Shown: piece after piece, positions 1 to 8,373 of the stretch | Numbering within the stretch: the first letter of the stretch is position 1 | Layout of the letters: every line of letters begins with the position of its first letter | Origin: Bacteroidales bacterium | GTDB taxonomy: Bacteria > Bacteroidota > Bacteroidia > Bacteroidales > Muribaculaceae | NCBI GenBank assembly: GCA_030526455.1 | Contig: JAUNCU010000001.1 | Location: 1,402-42,581 of the forward strand | Direction: 5' to 3' | Length of the DNA: 41,180 nt | Position numbers and translations under genes: made by a program | The notes under the pieces: generated by a model | Seen by the model: the letters and a program-made list of their open reading frames with translations, nothing else | Told to the model about the DNA's origin: nothing | Databases searched by the model: none

Positions 1-866
1 CCGTAGGGCTGGAGGTGCTTGCGCTTGATGGCTTGCTCGATGCCGTCGACGCTGGAGGCGAAGTGGATGCCGTGGGCCTCGATGAGCGAGCAGTCCATGG
101 TGAGGTTGCGACTCTGGTGGGCGAATCGTTCCTCGTCGGGCACGATCCATGCCTGTGGGTTGTCGAGCCCCATGAGTTGGGCCGCCTTCAGGTGGAGGTC
201 GTGGCTATTGAGGTGGCCAGCGCTGCCGAAGTTGTAGATGCCCGCAGGCAGTGCAAAGGTCTTCTCGATGTTGGCCACCAGTTCCCACACATTGGTCACG
301 CCGCGAAACTCGTGGGTGGCGGCCTTGATGGTGGCGCCCTCGTGGAAGGCGCGGTGGAGGTTCACCAGAATGTTGCTGTTGAGTTTCAACGGGCTGGAGG
401 GGAGGTCGTAGAGCCAAGTGAGGCGCAGACCTATGGCTTGCGGATTGTTCATGAGCGCGCGCTGCTCGGCCTCGAGTTTGTGCTGTCCGTATACGCCCTC
501 AGGCTGCTGTGCATCCCACTCTGCGAGCGGTCTGAGCATGGGCGTGGCGTTGTACACCTGGTCGCTCGACATGAAGATGTATTTCGCCCCTATTCGCTTA
601 CACGCCTTGGCGAGTTTCACCGTGCCCTGCACATTCACGCGGTGCGACTCCTCGGGGTGCTGCTGGCAATACCAGGTGTTGCTCAGCGCGGCACAATGCA
701 CCACCACGCTGGGCATGTGCTCCTCAAGATAGGCTATCACCGCCTCCTCACGGCTCACGTTGAGCATGGAGTGTGAAGGCAGGAGCAATTCATATTTATC
801 TTTCAGAAAAAGGGCGAGCCGGCTTCCCAAGAAACCGCTAGCGCCCGTAATGAGTATCTTGTTCAT
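1..866 (-). CDS. rfbD: dTDP-4-dehydrorhamnose reductase (RmlD/RfbD)-like SDR, 3' end runs off the window
   Basis: Manual translation from ATG at 866: MNKILITGASGFLGSRLA (Rossmann GxxGxxG), HCAALS, FMSSDQVY, catalytic YGQHK (YxxxK); frame stays open to the window edge, so it is absent from the ORF track. Confidence 0.75.
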   Translation of the reverse strand, partial: MNKILITGASGFLGSRLALFLKDKYELLLPSHSMLNVSREEAVIAYLEEHMPSVVVHCAALSNTWYCQQHPEESHRVNVQGTVKLAKACKRIGAKYIFMSSDQVYNATPMLRPLAEWDAQQPEGVYGQHKLEAEQRALMNNPQAIGLRLTWLYDLPSSPLKLNSNILVNLHRAFHEGATIKAATHEFRGVTNVWELVANIEKTFALPAGIYNFGSAGHLNSHDLHLKAAQLMGLDNPQAWIVPDEERFAHQSRNLTMDCSLIEAHGIHFASSVDGIEQAIKRKHLQPY

Positions 867-959
867 AGCAAGGATGGACTTTTTTTTGGGGGAAGTGGCA
901 CTCTTCTTCCCTTTTTTATCATGGAAGAAAACGCAGTACTGAATGCCCCAATTATTACA

Positions 960-967
960 CAAAGATA
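960..967 (-). promoter_or_regulatory. Bacteroidetes -7 box (TATCTTTG) for the rfbD-like gene
   Basis: caaagata on + strand matches TAnnTTTG consensus on -, about 95 bp upstream of the ATG. Confidence 0.55.
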
Positions 968-1109
968 ACATTTTTTCTCCTTTGCTCAATGAAATTGGAT
1001 TGACTTTGTGTACTATTATCTCATTTTTAAGCAAATACGTTGTTTTGCTGTTTTGGAAGAGGTTTGGATATTTTGTTAAAATATGTTTAGATGGTAAAAT
1101 ATAATTTGT

Positions 1110-1207
1110 TATATTCTGCCGATTGAGCCATTTTTTCGCGCGAACGGCAGAATATAGTAGTGTTTATTCTGCCGATTGGGGCATTTTTTTGCGTGAACGG
1201 CAGAATA
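1110..1207. repeat. Two tandem ~45 bp inverted-repeat units
   Basis: tatattctgccg (1110-1121)/cggcagaatata (1145-1156) and tattctgccg (1165-1174)/cggcagaata (1198-1207); the loops are also similar to each other. Confidence 0.85.
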
Positions 1208-1308
1208 TGACAATATGAGTCTAGCCTTTTTAACAAATTTTATCATCGCTGTGAAGTTAAAAAACTAATTCACCCCTGCGATTCTTCTTGTTTTTCAGAC
1301 AAAAAGAT

Positions 1309-1316
1309 TACCTTTG
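1309..1316 (+). promoter_or_regulatory. -7 box TACCTTTG for fic
   Basis: Consensus TAnnTTTG 25 bp before ATG 1341. Confidence 0.6.
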
Positions 1317-1340
1317 TTAGAGATTTTTAGAATTCAAAGA

Positions 1341-1889
1341 ATGACAACAAAAGAGATAGACGAAAAGTCGTTGGAGAATGCTCGCCGCCTTTTTGAGTCG
1401 GGTGACATTAATGATATTCCAGTAGGCACCACGTGCGGGCTGCAGCAGATACATCGTTATCTGTTTGATGGCTTGTACGCGTTTGCGGGCGTTGTTCGCG
1501 ACAAGAATATCGCCAAGGGAGGATTTCGGTTTGCCAACTCGCTCTATCTCAAAGCCGCTCTCGATGCGGTGGAGAAGATGCCTGACGATACATTTGAGCA
1601 CATTGTGGCAAAATATGTGGAGATGAACGTGTGCCATCCTTTCATGGAAGGCAATGGGCGAAGCACTCGCATTTGGCTCGACATGATGCTGAAGCGTGCG
1701 CTCGGCAAGGTGGTTGACTGGCAGCACGTGGATAAGGACCAGTACCTCTCGGCGATGGAACGGTCGCCCATCAACGATCTGGAAATACGCTATCTTCTCA
1801 GCCAAAACCTTACCTCCGATACTGAAAACCGCGAAGTGATTATCAAAGGCATCGAACAAAGTTACTACTACGAAGGCTACGAAAAGTGA
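1341..1889 (+). CDS. fic: Class III Fic protein (adenylyltransferase)
   Basis: Fic motif [12 protein letters not shown]; C-terminal autoinhibitory SYYYEG ((S/T)xxxE(G/N)); ATG 1341 preferred because TTG 1314 overlaps the promoter. Confidence 0.9.
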   Translation: MTTKEIDEKSLENARRLFESGDINDIPVGTTCGLQQIHRYLFDGLYAFAGVVRDKNIAKGGFRFANSLYLKAALDAVEKMPDDTFEHIVAKYVEMNVCHPFMEGNGRSTRIWLDMMLKRALGKVVDWQHVDKDQYLSAMERSPINDLEIRYLLSQNLTSDTENREVIIKGIEQSYYYEGYEK

Positions 1890-1965
1890 GCGCCTGGATG
1901 AGAGCGAGGCCAGGCGCGAATTAGCGCGATATCACGGCAAATATCAACTAAATAATCATAGTCAG

Positions 1966-2178
1966 AGGCTGTCCGAAAACTCGGGCTGCTACCATAACCG
2001 ACCCTCTCCGAGGCTCATTCCTTTTTGGCTCCCTATCTCCAAGCCGCGCTCGCGAATTGCTGCGCAATTCACTCGCTTGCATGGAGTTAACCATAATAAG
2101 CCGTCTCCGACGGCGGCTGGTGATCGCCTGGCGTTTTGGTAATAGATCCTCTTCATTTTTTGAGTTTTTGGACAGGCT
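1966..2178 (+). mobile_element. MITE/REP-like element, copy 1
   Basis: TIRs aggctgtccgaaaactc (1966-1982) / gagtttttggacaggct (2162-2178), 15/17 match; interior closely similar to 22931-23090 and inverted at 27729-27909. Confidence 0.75.
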
Positions 2179-2187
2179 GTGGGGGGA

Positions 2188-2766
2188 TTAGATGTGGAGG
2201 CGTTTTACTGCCTTTTGGCATTTGCGGCGGTCGCTTTCGGTGAACTCGGGGTGGCGCAGGGTGCCGCCTTTTTCGATGGTGGCTACGATTTTGAAGCCAC
2301 TCCAGCCTAGGATTTCTTTCAGCGCCCTGATGGCTCCGCGCGACTGGTGGGCGAGGATGTTGAATGGCCATGGGGTGCTGCAGGTGCTTACCAGGATGGC
2401 TTTCTTGCCTTTGTGGAGGGGCTTGGGCAGTGCTCGGCTACTTTCGCCCATGAGACCGTAGACCATGCGGTCGAAGAGGGTTTTGAGTGTGCCGGGGATG
2501 TTGCCCCAGTAGCATGGCGAGCCCACCACGATGGCGTCGGCGGCTTCGATGAGCGCGAGGATGCGTTGGGCGTCGTCGGGCGGCATGACGCATTGCTTGG
2601 AGGAGCGACACTTCATGCATGCCACACAGGGGCGCACGCTGAGTTGCTGCACGTGCTCCAGCGTAACGGTGGCGCCTTGGGCCTGTGCTTCGGCACTGAT
2701 GGCGTCGAGCATCTGCGATATGTTGCCGCCACGGCGTGGGCTGGCGTTGAGGATGAGTATGTTCAT
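2188..2766 (-). CDS. Flavodoxin family / NADPH-dependent FMN reductase (iron-sulfur flavoprotein-like)
   Basis: ASPRRGGN, CVACMKC..C, ADAIVVGSPCYWG, LKTLFDR. Confidence 0.85.
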   Translation of the reverse strand: MNILILNASPRRGGNISQMLDAISAEAQAQGATVTLEHVQQLSVRPCVACMKCRSSKQCVMPPDDAQRILALIEAADAIVVGSPCYWGNIPGTLKTLFDRMVYGLMGESSRALPKPLHKGKKAILVSTCSTPWPFNILAHQSRGAIRALKEILGWSGFKIVATIEKGGTLRHPEFTESDRRKCQKAVKRLHI

Positions 2767-2775
2767 GTGCTTATT

Positions 2776-3189
2776 CTATTCTTTTGTGAATGAACCTATT
2801 TCCACGAGGTTGCCGTCGGGGTCGGCCACGTAGCAGGTGCGCTGTCCCCAGGGTTCGGTGGTGGGAGGCAGCACGCTGCGGCCACCGCAGGCGAGGGCAT
2901 GGGCGTATTCGCGGTCGACGTCGGCATAGGTGGGCACGTCGAGCGCCAGTTCCATGGTGCCGTTGAAGCCTTCGGGATACTGATAGGCGCGGCTGGTCAT
3001 CTGCTCAAAATCGGGACGAGGGTAGAGGATGATGCGCATGTCGCCGAGGTACATTTCCACATTGGGCTGAATGCCGTCCCACGAAGTGGTGAAGCCGAAG
3101 GCGCGGGTGTAGAAATCGACGATGGCCTTGTTTTGGCGGGTGAAAAGTCCCACGGTGTTGAACTTGAAGCGGGGAGGTTGAGTGTTCAT
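2776..3189 (-). CDS. VOC/glyoxalase family protein
   Basis: FYTRAFGF, PWGQRTCYVADPDGNLVEI. Confidence 0.9.
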   Translation of the reverse strand: MNTQPPRFKFNTVGLFTRQNKAIVDFYTRAFGFTTSWDGIQPNVEMYLGDMRIILYPRPDFEQMTSRAYQYPEGFNGTMELALDVPTYADVDREYAHALACGGRSVLPPTTEPWGQRTCYVADPDGNLVEIGSFTKE

Positions 3190-3197
3190 AGAAGATG

Positions 3198-3482
3198 CTA
3201 ATTAGAGAGGTGGATATGCAGATAGGCGAGCAGCGCCACTTGCAGGGCAAGCAGCAGCGGCACACCATATTTGAATTTCTTGTGCAGGGTTTTGTGGTGC
3301 CAGAGTTTCATGCCCGCCCATGCGCCTATGCTGCCGCCCAGGGCTGCCAGCGTGAGGAGGGTGGCTTCGGGTATGCGCCAGCGTGCGCGCTTCGCCTTGA
3401 GTTTGTCGATGCCGAAGGCGATGAATGCCAGGGCGTTGATGCCCAGCAGGTAGTAGAGCGATATGAGGTGGAGATGATTCAT
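3198..3482 (-). CDS. DUF1294 membrane protein
   Basis: INALAFIAFGIDKLKAKRARWRIPEATL..LGGSIGAWAGM..HHKT.H; ATG at 3482 overlaps the upstream stop. Confidence 0.85.
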   Translation of the reverse strand: MNHLHLISLYYLLGINALAFIAFGIDKLKAKRARWRIPEATLLTLAALGGSIGAWAGMKLWHHKTLHKKFKYGVPLLLALQVALLAYLHIHLSN

Positions 3483-3913
3483 TGCTGTCTTATTTTTTTG
3501 ATGGCACGCAGCAGTGTGGGCAATCGCTTTGCTGAATGGCTGAGGCCGACCACCACGAGGGCGATGCCCAGGCGATAATGCACAGCACCCGTGTGGGTGT
3601 TGGCACCCTGTATTGCCAAAAGCGCGACGCCCGTGGCGGCTGCCACGACGGCCACAACGCCCAGAAGCATGGTGAATTTTCGCTTGGCCCAAAGTTTCAT
3701 GTCGCGAAGTCCTTTCACCCAGCCTTTGTGGGTGGTGAGGTGCTGGATAATCATCGCCACGAAAGCCATTGCCACGATGGAGTGGGCGTAGGCCCAGACT
3801 TCCCATTGCTGGTGGCTGGTGCCATGGCCGGCGGCGTGGAAGGCGAAGCCAGTGGCGGCGGTGAGCAGCCCTAGCGGATAGAGGGCGGCGTCGATTTTGA
3901 ATATCTTCTTCAT
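3479..3913 (-). CDS. His-rich 4-TM membrane protein (DUF4405-like, possible haem-binding)
   Basis: MKKIFKIDAALYPLG start at 3913; four hydrophobic segments with His residues (AHS, QHL..H, VHY, SHS); ATG overlaps the upstream stop. Confidence 0.65.
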   Translation of the reverse strand: MKKIFKIDAALYPLGLLTAATGFAFHAAGHGTSHQQWEVWAYAHSIVAMAFVAMIIQHLTTHKGWVKGLRDMKLWAKRKFTMLLGVVAVVAAATGVALLAIQGANTHTGAVHYRLGIALVVVGLSHSAKRLPTLLRAIKKIRQQ

Positions 3914-4620
3914 TCTGCAGGGGTGTTGCTGTTGATGATATAGTAGCCGCGCTTGGGTGAAATCACCTTTCCTTCCTCCTTGAGGATTTTGAGGGCTTTG
4001 TTGATGATTTTGCGGTCGGTGTGCATGAGTGTGGCCAGGTCGGCAGCCTTGATGGGGGCTTCGAGGCACTGCATGCGCGCCAGCACGATGTCGCTCGGCT
4101 CCTGGAAATAGGGGTCGTCGCCAGGGTTGAAGATTTTGATGGCGATGGCGGCGCAGGCTTCGGCGTCGGCAAGGGCGTGGTGGTGTAGGCTCAGGTCGAA
4201 GCCACAGCGCTCGGCGATGAGGTCGAGGTTGTGGCGGCCGCATGGCCACACACGGCGCGACTTCACCAGCGTGCAGTGAAACTCGTAGTCGGGGTAGGTC
4301 ATGCCATAGCAGCGGAAAGCGGCCTGGAGGCACTTTTCGTCGAAAGCCTTGTTGTGGGCCACCAGCGGTAGCCCCTCGATGAGCGGCTCGATCTGCGCCC
4401 ACACTTCGGGGAAGAGCGGCGCGCGGCGGGTGTCGTATTCAGTGAGCCCGTGCACCTGCGAGCACCAGAAGTCGTAATACTCCGGTTCGGGCTTGATGAG
4501 CGAGTAGAAAGAGTCCACCACCTGGCAGTCTTTCACCACCACGATACCCACCGAGCACACACTCGAGGGCAACTGGTTGGCGGTTTCGAAGTCGATGGCG
4601 GCAAAGTTTCTCAGTTCCAT
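3910..4620 (-). CDS. DEDDh 3'-5' exonuclease (Pol III epsilon-like) with C-terminal winged HTH
   Basis: IDFETAN, LVAHNKAFD, HHHALADAEACA; ~55 aa tail KAADLATLMHTDRKIINKALKILKEEGKVISPKRGYY; ATG at 4620. Confidence 0.85.
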   Translation of the reverse strand: MELRNFAAIDFETANQLPSSVCSVGIVVVKDCQVVDSFYSLIKPEPEYYDFWCSQVHGLTEYDTRRAPLFPEVWAQIEPLIEGLPLVAHNKAFDEKCLQAAFRCYGMTYPDYEFHCTLVKSRRVWPCGRHNLDLIAERCGFDLSLHHHALADAEACAAIAIKIFNPGDDPYFQEPSDIVLARMQCLEAPIKAADLATLMHTDRKIINKALKILKEEGKVISPKRGYYIINSNTPAE

Positions 4621-4634
4621 AATGTGCAGTGTTA

Positions 4635-4841
4635 TTACGCTTGCTTCCAGAGGCTTGATGCGATGGAAGCAAACTCCTTGCGCCCTTCGATGTAGTCGGC
4701 AAAGGTGTCCATGGCCGAGCGGTGGCCGGGCATGTTGCAACTGCCGCATCCGCCACAGGCAGGCGCCTTGCAGCAGAAGCGCTCCTTCACGAAAGCGATG
4801 CGCTCGTCGCGGGTGGAGTAGTGGATTTTGGGTGCAATCAT
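4635..4841 (-). CDS. Small Cys-rich hypothetical protein (68 aa)
   Basis: MIAPKIHYSTRDERIAF..CCKAPACGGCGSC..DYIEGRKEF; lies between a -7 box (4913-4920) and the exonuclease gene. Confidence 0.65.
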   Translation of the reverse strand: MIAPKIHYSTRDERIAFVKERFCCKAPACGGCGSCNMPGHRSAMDTFADYIEGRKEFASIASSLWKQA

Positions 4842-4871
4842 TAGTGCTTTTGCTATTAAATAAGTGAAAGG

Positions 4872-4920
4872 GGAGGCACTTTCGCAGAAAGTCCCTCCTC
4901 CTGTGAGTCCTACAAAGGTA
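4872..4920 (-). promoter_or_regulatory. -7 box TACCTTTG (4913-4920) followed by a leader hairpin (4872-4898)
   Basis: ggagg-c-actttc-gca-gaaagt-c-cctcc stem; a U-rich run follows on the - strand. Confidence 0.5.
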
Positions 4921-4956
4921 GGCAAAAAATCCCGAATTTGAAAAACCGCGGCTAGG

Positions 4957-7900
4957 CTAGAGTTTCACCACATTCACTTGGCTGGAAGAATGATGGCCTT
5001 CCTGATTCACCTGAATCTGCACAGGGATGCGTTCGCGCAACTCTTCCACGTGGGAGATGATGCCCACCTGGCGGCCGGCTTTGTCGTGAAGCGAACGCAG
5101 GGTGTCGATGGCCTTCTGCAGTGGTTCGCCACTGAGGGTGCCGAAACCTTCGTCGATGAAGAGGGTGTCGACCTTCAGATTGCTGCCAATGTCGCTCAGC
5201 GCCAGTGCCAACGAGAGCGACACGAGGAAACTCTCGCCGCCTGAGATGGTGCTCGCCGAGCGCGAAACGTAGCCTTGGTAAGCGTCTTCTACCGAGATGA
5301 CGAAAGTGCCGGGCTCCACCTTCAGCGTGTAGCGGTCGGTGAGGGTGCGCATGTAGTAGTTGGCCGAGTGGATGAGGTTGGCCAGCACATAACTTTGCGC
5401 AATCTTGCGGAATTTCTTGCCATCTTGGCTACCGATGAGTTGGTTCAAGCGGTTCCATTTGTCAAGTTCCACTTTCTTGGCTTCGGCTTCGGCAATGAGG
5501 GTGCCCAGTTTCTGCTTGTTCTTTTCGTTGGTTTCGAGTTCTTGCTGGATAGCACCCTTTTTCTGAGCGATATCGTTGCTCTCCTTGTCGCCTTCGTCGA
5601 TGCGCTCTTGGAGATTCTCGATTGTATCACCTTCGGCGATTTCGGGGCGATTCGCCTGGTGCGCATCTTGTTGCTCCTTGACATTCTTCACCTTGGCATC
5701 TGCCGCCAGTTTGTGGTCGCGCTTCTTCTGCAAGGCCTCCTCTTTTTTCTTGATGTCGGCAGCCGAGAAGCCGTTAAGCGCGGTAAGGCGGTCGAGGGTG
5801 TACTGAGGGTGCTCGGCCAAGAATTGGTCGAGGCTTTGCTTACTGCTCTCGTGAAGCGCTTGCGCTGTTTCCTTCTTGGCAAGTGCGCTCGAAACGGCAG
5901 TGCTTACGGAGTTGGCTTTGGTCAAGAGGGTGTCGGTGAAAGGCTCGGCTGCTGGTGCCATGTTTCCCCATGCTGGCATTTGGTTGAGAATGCTGGCAAT
6001 AGCCTCCTTAGCGTGGTCGTGGTAGTCCTTCTGCTGATGGAATTTGTTGGCAAGGTCTTGCTTTTTCTTTTGCAGGTTGCTGTAGTCTTTGGCGCCGGCG
6101 AGCAAGACGCTGGCGAATGCTGTGGGCGCGAGTGTCCAGTCGCAGTCCCATTGAATGGGCGCGAGGAATTTTTCGGCCTGCTCGGTGGCGGAAGCCTTGT
6201 CGGCGCGCTTGGTCGCAACGAGTTTCCTCGATGTGTTGATTTCCGCTTTGCAATCGTTCACATCCTTTTCGGCCTTTTCCATTGCTTTTTTCAACGCTTC
6301 CAGGCGGCGGCGACTGTTGTCGAGGTCCTTGCGTTTTGCTGTGACTTCCTTTTCGGATTTTTCGCCTTCTTTGATTTGATTCTCAAGCGCTTCCTTTCTG
6401 CTGCTAGTGGTTTGTACTAACTGCTCAAGCGCTTGTGGTGTGGTTTCGTCGAGAGAGGTCAAGCCGCAATCGGCGCATGCTTCTTGCGCTTTTCCCTTGG
6501 CGATGTCTACCGACTTGTCGGCATTGAATTCTTCCTTTTGCTGCTTAAGAGAATCTGTTTCGGCCTTGATGGTGGCGTCCAATGCCATTTTCTGGTTGTT
6601 CAGACTGTCGTAGACATTTTTCTTCTCGTCGTAGTCTGCCTGCAAATCTCCCACCATGCGGGCGAGTTCCTCTTCCACAGGCAATTGCGCAGTGATTTTC
6701 TGCAGGCACACGGGGCAGGTGTCGCCCATTTTCAGGCTTGCGCGCAAGGTCTTAGCGCGGTCTTCGATGGTGCCCTGCTGCTTGTCCCAAATTTCTTTGC
6801 AGGCATCCATCTTTCCTTTCGCCTCAGCGAGAGGGGCGACCATGGCGCTAGCCTCGGCTTTCTTCTCTTCGATGGCTTTGGCTTTGTCGGCCAAGTCCTT
6901 CTCGGTTTTTGCGCGCTTAGTTTCAGCGTCTTTCAATGCGCTGATGCGGTCCTTTGCAGTTTTGATATTTTGAAGCAAGGTGGTGGCGTCTTCCTTTTGC
7001 TTGCGAAGGGTGGCCAACTGCTTGTTCTCCACTTCGTTTTCGAGTTGGGCGAGTGCCGATTCCTCTTGCTTGAGGGCTTCGCTTTTGGCGCGGTGCTCCT
7101 CGCTTGCTTTGTCTAAAGCAGGCTGGTGAGTGGTTTCGAGTTCGTGCTGCAGGCGATTGATGTTTTCTTCCTCTTTGGTGATGTCCTTTTGCGCGGCATC
7201 CATCGCCTTCAGGTGGCCGGCGATGGTTTGGACGTTGTCATAGATGTCGGCCTCGTTGGCTTTTGCGTCGAGGGCGTCTGCCACCTTTTTCTGCTCGGCT
7301 TCCAGATTTTTGATATTTTCCTCAACGGCGCGCGAGCCGGCAAGGATCTTGGCGAAATCCTTGGCCGATGCGTTGAGGGCAGCGTCCTGCTCCTGCATTG
7401 TGGTGCTGGCGCTGGTCACATCCTGGTTCCACTTGCGGGCATCGATGGTTTCGTTCCACTCGCGCACAGTTGTTTCATCGGTCTTGAAGTCGTCGGTATT
7501 CACCGCTTCTTCGGCTTCCTTTTGTTCTTTTTCGGCATCGGCGAGGAGTTTGCCCAACTCCTCCGAGTGCTTCAGCCATTCGCGAATTTCGATGAGGGCG
7601 TTCTTGGCCGCTTTCAACTTATCGAGTTGTGATTCGTGGGCGGCGATATCTGCATTCTTTTGGGTAACTTCTTCCTCTGAAAGCGTAGTGGTGCCTTCCA
7701 CCAGGGCTTGGGCGTTATCGTATTCTTGCTGTATACGACGGCACAACTCGAAAACCTTGACGCTGATTTTGCTATAGGTGTCAACGCCAGTGATTTTCTC
7801 CAGAATGCTGGCTTTCTCATTGTCGCTGCTGTTGAGGAAGCGCGTGAATTCGCCCTGTGCCAGCATGGTGGTGCGGCAAAATTGCTGGAAATCAAGACCA

Positions 7901-8346
7901 ACGGCGTTCGCGATTTCGGCTTGGATATCCTTTACCTTCAACAGAGTGTAGTCGCTGTCGAGATTCGTGAGTTGCCATTCTGCGTCCTGCAGGTTCTTCG
8001 TCGCATTGCAGTGCGCTCTATGTACCGCCCACTTGGCTTCGTAGGCCACGGCGTTGTTGCCCTCAAAATAGAGGGTCACAAAACCCTCGCCTGTGTTGCG
8101 GCGCAAGAGTTGGCGTGGGTCTTTCACCTTTGTTTCTTTGTCTTCACCTTGCATTTTTGTGCCGTTGAGGCGTGGGGTGTCGGCGTAGAGTGCCAGGGAG
8201 ATGGCGTCGAGAATGGTTGACTTTCCGGCGCCGGTCTTTCCGGTAATCAAGAACACTTCGCTGCCGCTCAGTGGCTGTGCTTCGAAGTCGATAACTGCAT
8301 CTTCGATGGATGCGATGTTGTGGATGGTGAGTTTCTTGAGTTTCAT
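4957..8346 (-). CDS. sbcC: SbcC (Rad50-like) ATPase
   Basis: Walker A GKTGAGKS, Q-loop LAQGEF, long coiled coil with CPVC hook, signature ISGGE, Walker B FIDEGFGTL, ISHV. Confidence 0.95.
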   Translation of the reverse strand: MKLKKLTIHNIASIEDAVIDFEAQPLSGSEVFLITGKTGAGKSTILDAISLALYADTPRLNGTKMQGEDKETKVKDPRQLLRRNTGEGFVTLYFEGNNAVAYEAKWAVHRAHCNATKNLQDAEWQLTNLDSDYTLLKVKDIQAEIANAVGLDFQQFCRTTMLAQGEFTRFLNSSDNEKASILEKITGVDTYSKISVKVFELCRRIQQEYDNAQALVEGTTTLSEEEVTQKNADIAAHESQLDKLKAAKNALIEIREWLKHSEELGKLLADAEKEQKEAEEAVNTDDFKTDETTVREWNETIDARKWNQDVTSASTTMQEQDAALNASAKDFAKILAGSRAVEENIKNLEAEQKKVADALDAKANEADIYDNVQTIAGHLKAMDAAQKDITKEEENINRLQHELETTHQPALDKASEEHRAKSEALKQEESALAQLENEVENKQLATLRKQKEDATTLLQNIKTAKDRISALKDAETKRAKTEKDLADKAKAIEEKKAEASAMVAPLAEAKGKMDACKEIWDKQQGTIEDRAKTLRASLKMGDTCPVCLQKITAQLPVEEELARMVGDLQADYDEKKNVYDSLNNQKMALDATIKAETDSLKQQKEEFNADKSVDIAKGKAQEACADCGLTSLDETTPQALEQLVQTTSSRKEALENQIKEGEKSEKEVTAKRKDLDNSRRRLEALKKAMEKAEKDVNDCKAEINTSRKLVATKRADKASATEQAEKFLAPIQWDCDWTLAPTAFASVLLAGAKDYSNLQKKKQDLANKFHQQKDYHDHAKEAIASILNQMPAWGNMAPAAEPFTDTLLTKANSVSTAVSSALAKKETAQALHESSKQSLDQFLAEHPQYTLDRLTALNGFSAADIKKKEEALQKKRDHKLAADAKVKNVKEQQDAHQANRPEIAEGDTIENLQERIDEGDKESNDIAQKKGAIQQELETNEKNKQKLGTLIAEAEAKKVELDKWNRLNQLIGSQDGKKFRKIAQSYVLANLIHSANYYMRTLTDRYTLKVEPGTFVISVEDAYQGYVSRSASTISGGESFLVSLSLALALSDIGSNLKVDTLFIDEGFGTLSGEPLQKAIDTLRSLHDKAGRQVGIISHVEELRERIPVQIQVNQEGHHSSSQVNVVKL

Positions 8347-8373
8347 TTGTGTCTCTGATTTTAGATTCTTGGA

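Noticed and set aside
15-776. 253 aa + strand ORF and many similar antisense ORFs (e.g. 5275-6420, 8404-9336, 26592-27581, 35758-37194, 38410-39570, 39637-41025)
   Set aside because: Shadow frames of real genes on the opposite strand; no recognisable motifs
3198-4925. ORF-track long starts (3806, 4402, 4749, 4925)
   Set aside because: They overlap upstream genes or the promoter; starts at 3482, 3913, 4620 and 4841 give coupled genes
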